From the IMG/VR virus record IMGVR_UViG_3300017565_000001, positions 205,741-269,740 of that record: a stretch of 64,000 nucleotides of DNA; one strand, 5' to 3'. Below the pieces are notes generated by a model. It had not been told where the DNA came from. It was given only the letters and a program-made list of their open reading frames with translations, and made no database searches. The DNA is from a virus (lineage: Duplodnaviria > Heunggongvirae > Uroviricota > Caudoviricetes). Positions 7,413 through 16,214 of the stretch are shown here, one piece after another (the stretch's first letter is position 1; each line of letters opens with the position of its first letter). The position numbers were made by a program, and so were the translations under genes.

Positions 7413-8009
7413 ATGAAGAAGATTTTGCTGGCTGTTGTTATCACTGTAGCGGTGGTTATGGGATTATGGATGGGTTCCGCTAAGGCACAATCCGCCCCAC
7501 CTGAAGTTGCGACACTTCTCGACCAATTGAGTCCGGAAGTCAAGAAGCAAATTGCGTCAGCCCTGACCAAAGATGTGGCCACTCAAGAAAAGGCCGCCAA
7601 GGCTGAAAAGGAATCCGTCAGCGGCCAAATGGCCGAATGGGGTCGAGCAATTGGTGTTGGCGTAGCAGAAGCCGCAAAAGGCGTAGGTGTTGCAGCCAGC
7701 GACTTTTTCAGCACTAGTGCCGGAACCTTCGTCGCTGTTCTGATCGCTGTAAAGGTTGTAGGGCCGTTCTTCGCCCACATCTTTGGTGGATTGTTTCTGG
7801 GTATTGTGGGTTTCATCATGATTCGCCACTTGGCTCGTCGTATGTGTAATGACTTGTACGAATATGACGAAACCTCCAAGAATGTGTTCGGCAACTATCC
7901 ACTGAAGCGCGTTAAGACTGACAATCTGTCTGAAGGCGGCGCTTTTGGTATTGGCGTCATGTCGGTGATCCTGATTGTTGCCGTGGGTCTGGTCTTCGGA
8001 ACAATCTAA
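7413..8009 (+). CDS. membrane protein with signal peptide
   Basis: MKKILLAVV signal, several hydrophobic helices. Confidence 0.8.
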   Translation: MKKILLAVVITVAVVMGLWMGSAKAQSAPPEVATLLDQLSPEVKKQIASALTKDVATQEKAAKAEKESVSGQMAEWGRAIGVGVAEAAKGVGVAASDFFSTSAGTFVAVLIAVKVVGPFFAHIFGGLFLGIVGFIMIRHLARRMCNDLYEYDETSKNVFGNYPLKRVKTDNLSEGGAFGIGVMSVILIVAVGLVFGTI

Positions 8010-8073
8010 ACCAGGTCTTGACTCCCTGTTCATTTGGTAGCAGAATACGCTATCAGATAACAGGGAGTCACAA

Positions 8074-8376
8074 ATGATCTACTTGCCCTCGAAGTTTTTC
8101 AGCTACAACGCAGCCACACATACGTTCACGGCTGAGGCGAGTGAACTCGATCATACGTCTGAGGGTGGTAACTGGATCGGACGCATTTATCCCGATTCCG
8201 CGGATGCGGGTTTCACCATGGTGAGCGGTAAGACCGGTGAACATGTTGTCTTCTGTGAGAAAGAAGTGACGCGTCAAGATGGCGACATCGTGTCCTGGGA
8301 CTTTGAGCCCACACCCGAAAGCATTCGCAAGTTTCCCCACTTGAAGGGCTGCAAGATTATTGTTTTCAATGACTAA
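8074..8376 (+). CDS. hypothetical protein
   Basis: GGAG RBS, promoter TTGACT-17-CAGAAT with TTCATTTGG. Confidence 0.8.
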   Translation: MIYLPSKFFSYNAATHTFTAEASELDHTSEGGNWIGRIYPDSADAGFTMVSGKTGEHVVFCEKEVTRQDGDIVSWDFEPTPESIRKFPHLKGCKIIVFND

Positions 8377-8442
8377 ATAATCTTGACTTGCGGTACTTGC
8401 CACAATAGATTGATGGTATGGCAACAAGCCATACCAACCCAA

Positions 8443-8517
8443 GGACTGTTATTTCAGCGGTAGAATGGGATCCTTACAAGATCTTGGTCGGCGGTTCGAA
8501 TCCGTCACAGTCCACCA
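8443..8517 (+). tRNA. tRNA-Val(TAC)
   Basis: GGATC-CTTACAA-GATCT, CCA. Confidence 0.9.
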
Positions 8518-8531
8518 CTTTCCCTACTATC

Positions 8532-8741
8532 ATGACTCTGAGCGAAACACCGTTCGAGAACTTGCAAATAGGCAACCGTGTCAAATCTCTTTTGACAGGT
8601 CGGTTAGGGACTATCGAGCGTCTCATCCCCAAGATGAAAGCAAAGCTCGCTAGAGATCACGAAATTGTAATTCGCTGGGATGAACGGGAACTACTTTCCC
8701 ACACCTGGCAGTTCGTTTACAATAACGTCGAGATCATTTAA
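8532..8741 (+). CDS. hypothetical protein (SH3/KOW-like)
   Basis: LQIGNRVKS..G..GTI pattern. Confidence 0.55.
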   Translation: MTLSETPFENLQIGNRVKSLLTGRLGTIERLIPKMKAKLARDHEIVIRWDERELLSHTWQFVYNNVEII

Positions 8742-8816
8742 ATCTCCGTAGTTCAGTGGACAGAACGGGAGCCTCCGAAGCTCCAGGCACAGGTTCGAAT
8801 CCTGTCAGAGATGCCA
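8742..8816 (+). tRNA. tRNA-Arg(CCG)
   Basis: GGAGC-CTCCGAA-GCTCC, GCCA. Confidence 0.9.
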
Positions 8817-8865
8817 AATAGTTATTGACGATCCATATCGTTGATGCCATAATGATTGTCTTGCT

Positions 8866-8952
8866 GCTCCGGTGGCGAAATTGGTAGACGCACTGGATTT
8901 AGGTTCCAGCGGTAGAAATACTGTGTCGGTTCGACTCCGACCCGGAGCACCA
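8866..8952 (+). tRNA. tRNA-Leu(TAG), long variable arm
   Basis: canonical class II cloverleaf, CCA. Confidence 0.95.
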
Positions 8953-8980
8953 CAAAGTTTTGAATTTTTCACAAAAGTTG

Positions 8981-9049
8981 TTGACTAACTGAAATGGTTG
9001 TCCTACAATTGATGTCCGTTAAGAAACTAACGGAAACGCTCTTTAAAAA
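8981..9049 (+). promoter_or_regulatory. rrn-like promoter + hairpin + boxA
   Basis: TTGACT-17-TACAAT, TCCGTT/AACGGA hairpin, CGCTCTTTAAAAA. Confidence 0.75.
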
Positions 9050-9376
9050 TTAGTTTTGGTGTATAGTACCTGGGCTGCAAGCACTGTCGGATGTGCAAGC
9101 TAGGTGATCCTAGATCATCGAACCTCTCAGCGAAACTAAGGTTTGGATAGAAAGCCAAACACTCTAGATCATGGATTAACACCGTGATGTGGTCAATCCG
9201 CCTTAAAGAGATTGACCTCAAGCTTCACTATTGAGGCCTAGCCACAGTAGCAGGAGAACAGTGAGATGATAACGTGGGGTAACGCCCTAATGGTCATCTC
9301 AGGGGTAACCAATGGTTCCTAGTGAACCGCCTGAGACCTTGAAAGCAGGTTGGAGGCACCAAAACTAATTTTTAAA
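9042..9376 (+). ncRNA. ~300-nt unidentified structured ncRNA within 21-bp terminal stem
   Basis: TTTAAAAATTAGTTTTGGTGT pairs with GCACCAAAACTAATTTTTAAA; many internal hairpins, no credible ORF. Confidence 0.7.
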
Positions 9377-9393
9377 ATGTTTGAAAAAAGTTG

Positions 9394-9464
9394 TTGACTG
9401 TATGGCAAAACAGGTTTACAATACTGTTCTGTTGTGTAGCAAAGCAACAACCGTTCTTTAAAAA
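9394..9464 (+). promoter_or_regulatory. second rrn-like promoter + boxA
   Basis: TTGACT-17-TACAAT, CGTTCTTTAAAAA. Confidence 0.75.
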
Positions 9465-9490
9465 CTGATTCAAAAGAGTCCTTATACTAA

Positions 9491-9578
9491 GCGCACTAAG
9501 GCGTAGGCCACGCTAAGTGAGGTCACAGCCGCACTCCTAATAAGAGTGGGGTTGCAGGTTCGAATCCTGTGGTGTGCC
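9491..9578 (+). ncRNA. tRNA-Ile(AAT)-like RNA with expanded D region, no CCA
   Basis: CACTC-CTAATAA-GAGTG arm, GCAGG-TTCGAAT-CCTGT T-arm, inside long stem 9476-9593. Confidence 0.6.
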
Positions 9579-9595
9579 TTAGTATAGGGATTCAA

Positions 9596-9697
9596 GAGTC
9601 CTTATTATTTGACTCATAGCACTAGACCCGTGATGAAGACGCTTGAAACAAGTGGTCCAGATCGGAAGTCGGGAAAGTGAGTCAAATAATAAGGATT
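9596..9697 (+). ncRNA. small ncRNA in long terminal stem
   Basis: AGTCCTTATTATTTGACTCA / TGAGTCAAATAATAAGGATT. Confidence 0.55.
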
Positions 9698-9699
9698 AT

Positions 9700-10594
9700 G
9701 GGACGTCTAAGTTCCAGTTGGTGGCTTCGGTCGCTGACAAAAAGGATAAGTGAGGTAACTCACCCAACGCGGGTAATCCTACATAACCGCGCCATGCTTG
9801 CATGGTCCATTTAGACAAGCCTGCTCACTACCGAAAGGTAGCCATCACTTCCCAACGGGTGGTGGTAATTGTGAAGCAAGTGAAGTGGAAAGAATTGTCG
9901 TTTACACGCCTGTTTTGACTTCGGTCATTACGGGGAACGTGAGCAACAAGAGAGTAACAGGTGGTGCTGACCTCACTTCAAAACCAACTTGCCAACTTGT
10001 ATGAGAAAGGGTAGCTAATTGTTCCGAGGTGTTGCAACCAAGGGGTAGTTAGCAGTTCTAATGGTTGACGGGCATATGCACGTTAATCGTGAAGAACGAC
10101 TGAGTAGTCCGCAAGACGAAAGGTACATGGTGTGTTGTATTTCGTGGCTCAAAAGGTCATGAAGCAACTGAGGCAGCACATCATAGTAGGTTGCAATATA
10201 GCTCATTTGGTAGAGCAATTCCATGTTAAGGAATCGGCGGTGGGTTCAAACCCCACTATTGATAAAAATGCAAAGTCTGCCTCGGTATGTTGTGAAAGTC
10301 ATCTAATGCTCAGAGCTTCGGCTAACTGAGTCCAGGAAAGCTCGCAAGGCCTACTTGGTTTATGTTTAGATTTTCGTAAGTGGTTAGCGCTGCTGAATGG
10401 CCCGCAAGGTCAGCGTAATGAAGAACGTAGAATAGCAACATGCGACAAGCCTACTGCCTGGCTTTAAAAACGGCGATGACGCTAGTGGACAGTATGAGAC
10501 GAAAGTCCGTATTGTGGATGTCGAGAGAAAGTTGCCCGCAAGGTGACCAATAATGCTCGAGGCACTAGTAGGAACCATGTAATCTCAGTGGTCC
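9700..10594 (+). ncRNA. probable GOLLD RNA
   Basis: ~900 nt non-coding, dense GNRA/UUCG hairpins (GCAA, GAAA, TTCG), GGTGGTGCTG and terminal GTAATCTCAG motifs recalled from GOLLD, in a tRNA cluster, followed by hairpin 10602-10620. Confidence 0.7.
10192..10263 (+). tRNA. tRNA-Asn(GTT)-like module embedded in the large ncRNA
   Basis: TAGCTCATTTGGTAGAGC D-arm, TTCC-ATGTTAA-GGAA, GTGGG-TTCAAAC-CCCAC; short acceptor, no CCA. Confidence 0.65.
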
Positions 10595-10696
10595 AAACGA
10601 CAGAACCCGAAAGGGTTCTTCGCCATATCTGGTCGAAAACCAACATCTTTCTGGCAATCTCCGCTATAATGAACAATCATATAGGAGAACATTGAC

Positions 10697-10870
10697 ATGA
10701 AAATCGTACCCAATGACGACGAGAAGGGCCTGGAATGCGAACATTGCGGTAATCACACCGTGTACATGTACCGCTTCACGGGTTGCATGGGTTGCGGGGC
10801 ACCGATCTGCTGCTCGTTCTGTTGCTCAGAAACCACCAAAGCTATGTTCCCCAAGGACGAAGACGAATGA
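10697..10870 (+). CDS. 57-aa Cys-rich (zinc-binding) protein
   Basis: AGGAG RBS; CEHC..CMGC..CCSFCC; not in ORF track. Confidence 0.7.
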   Translation: MKIVPNDDEKGLECEHCGNHTVYMYRFTGCMGCGAPICCSFCCSETTKAMFPKDEDE

Positions 10871-11088
10871 TTCGTTGCATTCGCTCCAGGTGGCGATGGT
10901 GGCGAGAAAAGAAGCGTCTTGAAGATGATGCGCTCTTTCTGGGCATTGAAGAAATGATGCGAGGAACTGGGCGTCCTTCGAGGGATCCATACGTGATCAA
11001 CATGGCTCGGAATTTCCAGCGCAAGTATGCGAAGATGGAAATGTTCCAGATCTATCGAAAAATGAGAAAGCAAGGATTACTCAAGTAA
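10867..11088 (+). CDS. hypothetical protein
   Basis: ATGA coupling. Confidence 0.55.
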   Translation: MIRCIRSRWRWWREKKRLEDDALFLGIEEMMRGTGRPSRDPYVINMARNFQRKYAKMEMFQIYRKMRKQGLLK

Positions 11089-11119
11089 ATAGAATCTGAA
11101 CCATCTTTCGGATTCTATC

Positions 11120-11374
11120 ATGTCCTTTACTCTGCTTTGCTTCATTTCCTTTCTGGCCCTGTTCGTCACTGACCTTTGCTGGGCCTTCTATATTAGTCGT
11201 GTCAAAGACCACCAGCCATTCCGTTCCGCTCTATGGTCAGTTGGATTGTTCTTGACTGGCGCAATTGGCACTATATCATATGTGAACGATCCCTGGTTGC
11301 TGATACCGGCAACTCTAGGGGCTTTTTCTGGAACATATTTGGCTGTCGTCCTGGAGAAACGGAAGGCAGCATAG
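11120..11374 (+). CDS. small 3-TM membrane protein
   Basis: hydrophobic; GAFSGTYLAV motif. Confidence 0.75.
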   Translation: MSFTLLCFISFLALFVTDLCWAFYISRVKDHQPFRSALWSVGLFLTGAIGTISYVNDPWLLIPATLGAFSGTYLAVVLEKRKAA

Positions 11375-11382
11375 GGGGTTAG

Positions 11383-11685
11383 ATGGGTTGGTTCAGTCTT
11401 GCTAAGAAAAACTTCAAGGCGAAGTTTTCCAAGATGGAGGTATGGGATCGTTTTGGTACGATCGCGGCCATCTGGTTCGTTTTCTGGAGTGCATTCAGCA
11501 TCTTTGTTTGGACGCCACTTGCTACTCTGGTTTTTGCTCCGATGTTGTTTGAAGCATTCTCCTTCCGAGTCGCCGGATTCCTGAATATCTGGTTGTTCAT
11601 GTGGCCCATGCTTGTTGCTGTTGCTGGTCTCGTGTGTGGTTTGTTCTATATGACGCTCTTGCGCTCTGAAAACAAGGAATGCTGA
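11383..11685 (+). CDS. membrane protein
   Basis: hydrophobic helices. Confidence 0.7.
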   Translation: MGWFSLAKKNFKAKFSKMEVWDRFGTIAAIWFVFWSAFSIFVWTPLATLVFAPMLFEAFSFRVAGFLNIWLFMWPMLVAVAGLVCGLFYMTLLRSENKEC

Positions 11686-12059
11686 TGGACGTCAAACGAA
11701 ACTTCAGTGACTGGTGCGATCGTAGATACCAAAAGAAAGTTGAACGTCGCGCTGTGATGGCTAAGAAGATCGCCAATGCAAAGCAGCGCTGGGCCCAAAT
11801 ACCAGCGCCGATCAATTACTTCAGCATAATTGGTGTATTTGCTGTGCTGGCATTTATGTTCCAGATCTTTTTCTGGAGTGCATTTGTTGCCGGTGTGATC
11901 GAACCCTGGATCAAAGCATATGATTGGAATTTTGAAGCTACCTGGTACACGTTGCGGGGCTTCAGGAATATTCCATTGTTGTTCATTATCATCCCAGCCC
12001 TTGTGTGCTTGTGGAAGGGAATGACAGCGCCCCTAGACTCCGCGAACAAATCCTCATAA
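11685..12059 (+). CDS. membrane protein
   Basis: TGATG coupling, two TM helices. Confidence 0.7.
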   Translation: MDVKRNFSDWCDRRYQKKVERRAVMAKKIANAKQRWAQIPAPINYFSIIGVFAVLAFMFQIFFWSAFVAGVIEPWIKAYDWNFEATWYTLRGFRNIPLLFIIIPALVCLWKGMTAPLDSANKSS

Positions 12060-12079
12060 AGAACGCCCCAGAGGCGATG

Positions 12080-12104
12080 AAAAGGGCCCCAATGGGGCCC
12101 TTTT
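12080..12104. terminator. bidirectional intrinsic terminator
   Basis: AAAAGGGCCCC-AAT-GGGGCCCTTTT between convergent genes. Confidence 0.85.
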
Positions 12105-12110
12105 GCTTAC

Positions 12111-13169
12111 TTACACACCGTCATCTACTGGTGGTTCTTCATCACCACCAACGTCGGGTTCAGGCTCTTGTGGAGGAGCAGGTTCATCACCTGCTTGATT
12201 CACAACAATGGCCACGCTCAACACATCTTCACCGTCCTGTTGGGCGGTCAGTGTGATGTTGAACGAACCCAATTCGGTTCTCCAGTCAGCCGAGATACCT
12301 TCAGGACGGAAAGCATCCAGGGAAGCCCAGCCCAGATTGAAGATGTTCTGTTCAACCTTGGTGATATCAGCACCCTTTGACGCCAAACCTGGATCCAGTT
12401 CCATGATTTCGGTACCGGAAATAGTCCAAGAACCGTCACCTTGGTGCAACATGTCAACAGGTTCGCCCTCAGCTGTTGGGTCCAAGTTCAGGCTGATCTT
12501 GAAATCATAATCAGCCAACTTGGTGTTAGCACCATTCAAACCAGCCAACAGGCTGAATGCCACTACCCAATCCAGATCACCAGTTGAAGTGTTTTCTGGA
12601 ACGGCAATTGCCAATCCGCCTTCGATGCTTTCAGCCTTATAGTCAGTGTTGACATTGCGCTTATGCACCTTCAGACCAATTTCCAGACCTTGATCTTCGT
12701 CTCGAGCAATTTGATAGTTGACACCGTAGTTACCAGTGCCCATGTACATACGACGAGTCGCTGGTTCAGCGAAAGCGGCAGCATTCAGAATCGAATTCAT
12801 GTATGCACCAACTACTGGACGAGTTACGATGGTCATTGCACTGTCTGATTCTGGATCATCAGACCACGTTACTGTTTCACCCGAGGCAGTACGAGCAGTC
12901 ACGCTTTGCAGAGTTGTGACATATGACACGTTGCCCTCACCGTCTTGAACGGCGATGGTAGCTGAACCTTCGACCAGGTTTTCTGCCTGTTCAACTGTTT
13001 CAGCCAAAGTTACTTCTTTGATGTTGACACCGTCGGCAGTCACTTGATAGCGACGGGTTCCTGTTTGCTTGACGATATAACCGTCAACAACATTGTCACC
13101 GTCGTGAAAAGTAATGACGATCTTGCCAGCACCGGGGCCGAAATTTCGGCTATTGAGTGGACGTCCCAT
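12111..13169 (-). CDS. probable virion structural protein
   Basis: MGRPLNSRNFG N-terminus typical of large-myovirus structural proteins; AGGAGG RBS; TAAATA upstream. Confidence 0.7.
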   Translation of the reverse strand: MGRPLNSRNFGPGAGKIVITFHDGDNVVDGYIVKQTGTRRYQVTADGVNIKEVTLAETVEQAENLVEGSATIAVQDGEGNVSYVTTLQSVTARTASGETVTWSDDPESDSAMTIVTRPVVGAYMNSILNAAAFAEPATRRMYMGTGNYGVNYQIARDEDQGLEIGLKVHKRNVNTDYKAESIEGGLAIAVPENTSTGDLDWVVAFSLLAGLNGANTKLADYDFKISLNLDPTAEGEPVDMLHQGDGSWTISGTEIMELDPGLASKGADITKVEQNIFNLGWASLDAFRPEGISADWRTELGSFNITLTAQQDGEDVLSVAIVVNQAGDEPAPPQEPEPDVGGDEEPPVDDGV

Positions 13170-13288
13170 GTTAATCCTCCTTTTTAGAGATGGTCAAAAT
13201 ATTTAGTGCCAGGTAAAAGTGGTTAAGCCTTGCTATTTGGCAACCGCGCCATTAACCTTTTGGCATCAATAACAGGCGGGGTGCCGAA

Positions 13289-13834
13289 GTGATCGTGCTG
13301 GAAAATTTGACTGACAAGTCGAAAGATAATTTCGAGTGGGAAGGTAAGGGGCTGTTGAAGGGTAATCCCACCAATATCATTGAATTTGGTGATCTCACAT
13401 TGAAGTGCTATGAGAAATACTCAAGTGACTTTGTGTTGATTGAACGTGACGAAGCCCCCTTGGGGTATTTGGCTCTGAACAAGATCAATTTCTACATCAC
13501 TGGGTTTCAAGAGGGTCTCGAAGATCGTACGATCTTCGCATATGTCCCTCATATGCATTTGGAGCCTGAGCTCAGGGGTAAGGGTTTGGGGCCACGACTC
13601 TATCGTTGGATCAACGAAAAAGTTCCCCTCGTGTCCAATTATCAACATAGCAAAATGGCAAGTGGCATGTGGCATAAGCTGATTGAAACGCAGCCCACGC
13701 GAGTTCTGCATAGCCAATGGGTGCATGACAACAGTTACACGATGGAATTGAAACATGACATCGACCCACATGAAATCATGCTTGAGCCTGGCTTTCATGT
13801 CATGCTAAACTATAAATCACCGGAGGGTATATGA
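13289..13834 (+). CDS. GNAT-like acetyltransferase
   Basis: PELRGKGLG acetyl-CoA-binding motif. Confidence 0.55.
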   Translation: MIVLENLTDKSKDNFEWEGKGLLKGNPTNIIEFGDLTLKCYEKYSSDFVLIERDEAPLGYLALNKINFYITGFQEGLEDRTIFAYVPHMHLEPELRGKGLGPRLYRWINEKVPLVSNYQHSKMASGMWHKLIETQPTRVLHSQWVHDNSYTMELKHDIDPHEIMLEPGFHVMLNYKSPEGI

Positions 13835-14034
13835 TGGAACCAGGAACTCGAATGAACGAAGGCGACGTGCCTCACAATCACTTCTACAAATTCTGGGGTA
13901 AGTTGTTCAAGAACATCGGTCCTACTACCGCCATTCCAGTTGATGAAAGTGGCGAACAAAATGGGCCGGCCGAAACCATTCATCCCTTCGATCAAGTAAC
14001 GTATTTGGGGCCCACACCCAAAGCGTAAAGCAAT

Positions 14035-14109
14035 CTCTGATTCGTCTAATGGATAAGACGCGTTCCTCCTAAGAATGAAATAGTGGTTCGATTCCACTAT
14101 CAGAGGCCA
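14035..14109 (+). tRNA. tRNA-Arg(CCT)
   Basis: CGTTC-CTCCTAA-GAATG, GCCA. Confidence 0.9.
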
Positions 14110-14186
14110 TATTCATTCTTCACTTGATTCTTAGACCAGAGTGGTTATATACTGGCAAGGTTAAAAGAGAAAAGAGAGAAGATACG

Positions 14187-14450
14187 ATGTTTATGGTGTA
14201 TTGGTCGGAAGTTGGTGCTTCTGGCGCGACCCCCGAGTCGAAGGATTTCGCAAAGGGTCAACTGAATGAAGTTATGTCCTTCATGGAAGGTTTGCGAAAG
14301 CGTCAGCGTGAAGATGGGACTGTCGCATTCATTGCGATGTCCAGTGAAAATCCTGACTGTGTTTCGTTGCGCGGTGTGGACGTAACGGGTCCCGATTACA
14401 ACTGGACGAAGCGGCGTGATACCCGCTTGAAGAAGGACATGAATCCGTAG
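14187..14450 (+). CDS. hypothetical protein
   Basis: MFMVYWSE start after promoter; followed by terminator 14471-14497. Confidence 0.75.
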   Translation: MFMVYWSEVGASGATPESKDFAKGQLNEVMSFMEGLRKRQREDGTVAFIAMSSENPDCVSLRGVDVTGPDYNWTKRRDTRLKKDMNP

Positions 14451-14579
14451 GAGCTACAAGCTCCCAAATAAGGAAAGGGCCCCAGGGGCCCTTTCCTGCT
14501 ATCCAAACTACATTTTGACGAGTGGTCGAAAAAGTTCTAAACTGGTGAGCGAATTTCGCATCTTTAGAACAACAATAAT

Positions 14580-14909
14580 ATGATCCATTCGTTTGATAAA
14601 ATCAACGGCACCGTAGTTGCCGACAATGAGCGTTACTTGCTGGTTGACAATACAGATCTGAAGAACTTGGTGTTGAGTAAGACCAGCCTTCACGCCGATC
14701 AAGCAACCAGGGGCCACAGTCATCCAGGCCAGGAAGAGGTCTACTTCTTTGTGGCTGGTTTTGGTACTATGGTTGTTGGCGAGGAAACCTTCGCCGTGCA
14801 GGCAGGATCCGTCGTTACTATCCCGGATGGCGCATTCCATCGCGTAATAAACCAGGGGCGGTCTGACCTGGAATTCATCTGCGTTTTTGACGGTAATCGA
14901 AACCACTAA
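14580..14909 (+). CDS. cupin domain protein
   Basis: HSH..QEEVYF..G.G ... IPDGAFHRV.N cupin motifs. Confidence 0.85.
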   Translation: MIHSFDKINGTVVADNERYLLVDNTDLKNLVLSKTSLHADQATRGHSHPGQEEVYFFVAGFGTMVVGEETFAVQAGSVVTIPDGAFHRVINQGRSDLEFICVFDGNRNH

Positions 14910-15001
14910 TCGGTTAATAAGGCGATTTTACATCTGAGGATTTCCCCATAAATAAAAATGAACAATGGCATTTCAGTCATTGTTTTAGTGAGGAAATTCT
15001 T

Positions 15002-15391
15002 ATGAAGACTCTGATCGCTGCAATCATGATGGTGTTCGCATCGTCGGCTATGGCCTGCGACGCCGTTCCAGCTAAGTCCCGTGCCGAAGTTAAGGCCGAA
15101 CTGGCTGCATTCAAGAAGGCATTCCCTCTGAGTGGTCTGACTGAGTCGGGCTACCCAGGTGACTCCATGCCTGCTTTCGTGTCCACAAAGACACGCGCCG
15201 AAGTCAAGGCTGAACTGGCTGCTGCTAAGGCTGCTGGTCTGGTTCAATTCGGTGAAGAAACGCTGGTCCCAGCTGGTGAAAAGAGCACGGTTACTCGTGC
15301 TGAAGTCAAGGCTGAACTGAAGGATGCCAAGGCCAATGGCCAATATTCCTTCGGCGAACTGGACTACCCAGTTCAACTCGGCTGCAAGTAA
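15002..15391 (+). CDS. DUF4148-type exported protein
   Basis: signal peptide + three (S/T)RAEVKAEL repeats. Confidence 0.8.
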   Translation: MKTLIAAIMMVFASSAMACDAVPAKSRAEVKAELAAFKKAFPLSGLTESGYPGDSMPAFVSTKTRAEVKAELAAAKAAGLVQFGEETLVPAGEKSTVTRAEVKAELKDAKANGQYSFGELDYPVQLGCK

Positions 15392-15535
15392 TTTGACGTT
15401 GGTCTGACGCTCCTGGACCAAAGTTGAATAATTAGCAGGTCAGAGCCCAGTAGACCCTGGGCTCTTTCCATGGGCCAAATATCTATTGACACGGTTGCCA
15501 GTTTGCCGTATCTTAATGGCTTAGCGAAACCCGTT

Positions 15536-15620
15536 GCCCGGGTGGTGTAAGAGGTAGATGCAGGGGACTCAAAATCCCCCGCCGAAAGGCGTGTCGGTTC
15601 GAATCCGACCCCGGGCACCA
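15536..15620 (+). tRNA. tRNA-Leu(CAA), long variable arm
   Basis: GGGGA-CTCAAAA-TCCCC, CCA. Confidence 0.95.
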
Positions 15621-15626
15621 TTCAAA

Positions 15627-16214
15627 ATGACTACTCAATATCAATGGATTGAACATTCTGATGCTGTGTTTTCTGTTCCTGGATTCTTTGATCCAGTTGA
15701 AGCAGAAGCTCTTGCACACTTGTCAGAAAGACATGGTTTTGAACCCGCTCAAGTTCGAGTCGGTGCTTTCACGGACCATAACACCCAATCCCTTCCCAAT
15801 ATCCGCAACAATGAGAAGTGTATTATCGAGCTTCCTGGCATCGTCTCGGATATTTGGAAACGTTTGCAAGAACTGCCACTCCCAGAGATAGAAAATCAGA
15901 TTCCGGTTGGTCTCCCGTCATCTCTGCGATTCTACAAATATAGCCCGGGTCAGCGGTTCAAGATGCACAAGGATGGTGCATGGCAGGAAAATGGTTTGTG
16001 GAGCCGCCTCACATTGCTCATTTATTTGAACGACTGGGTGGAGGGTGGCGAAACGGATTTTAAGACATTCAGGATTCAACCCCAAGCTGGTACCTTGGTA
16101 CTATTCAAACATAAAACCTGGCATGAAGGAACGGAAGTGAAAGCGGGGACTAAGCTCGTTCTCAGATCAGATGTTCTTTACGGCCCCAAACAGGAAAAGG
16201 ATTCAAATGAGTAA
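15627..16214 (+). CDS. 2OG-Fe(II) oxygenase (prolyl-hydroxylase-like)
   Basis: FKMHKDG, LIYLND..EGGET.F, HEG, K.VLRSD. Confidence 0.85.
   Translation: MTTQYQWIEHSDAVFSVPGFFDPVEAEALAHLSERHGFEPAQVRVGAFTDHNTQSLPNIRNNEKCIIELPGIVSDIWKRLQELPLPEIENQIPVGLPSSLRFYKYSPGQRFKMHKDGAWQENGLWSRLTLLIYLNDWVEGGETDFKTFRIQPQAGTLVLFKHKTWHEGTEVKAGTKLVLRSDVLYGPKQEKDSNE

Noticed and set aside
9620-9660. Hammerhead-like GTGATGA...GAAAC
   Set aside because: The core should be CTGATGA, and stems I/III with a cleavage triplet could not be built.
10600-10621. ACAGAACCCG resembling the RNase P 3' motif
   Set aside because: No GAGGAAAGTCC partner; it is part of a simple GAAA hairpin.
9798-10676. Short ORFs inside the ~900-nt region
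   Set aside because: No RBS or codon bias; the region is better explained as structured RNA.
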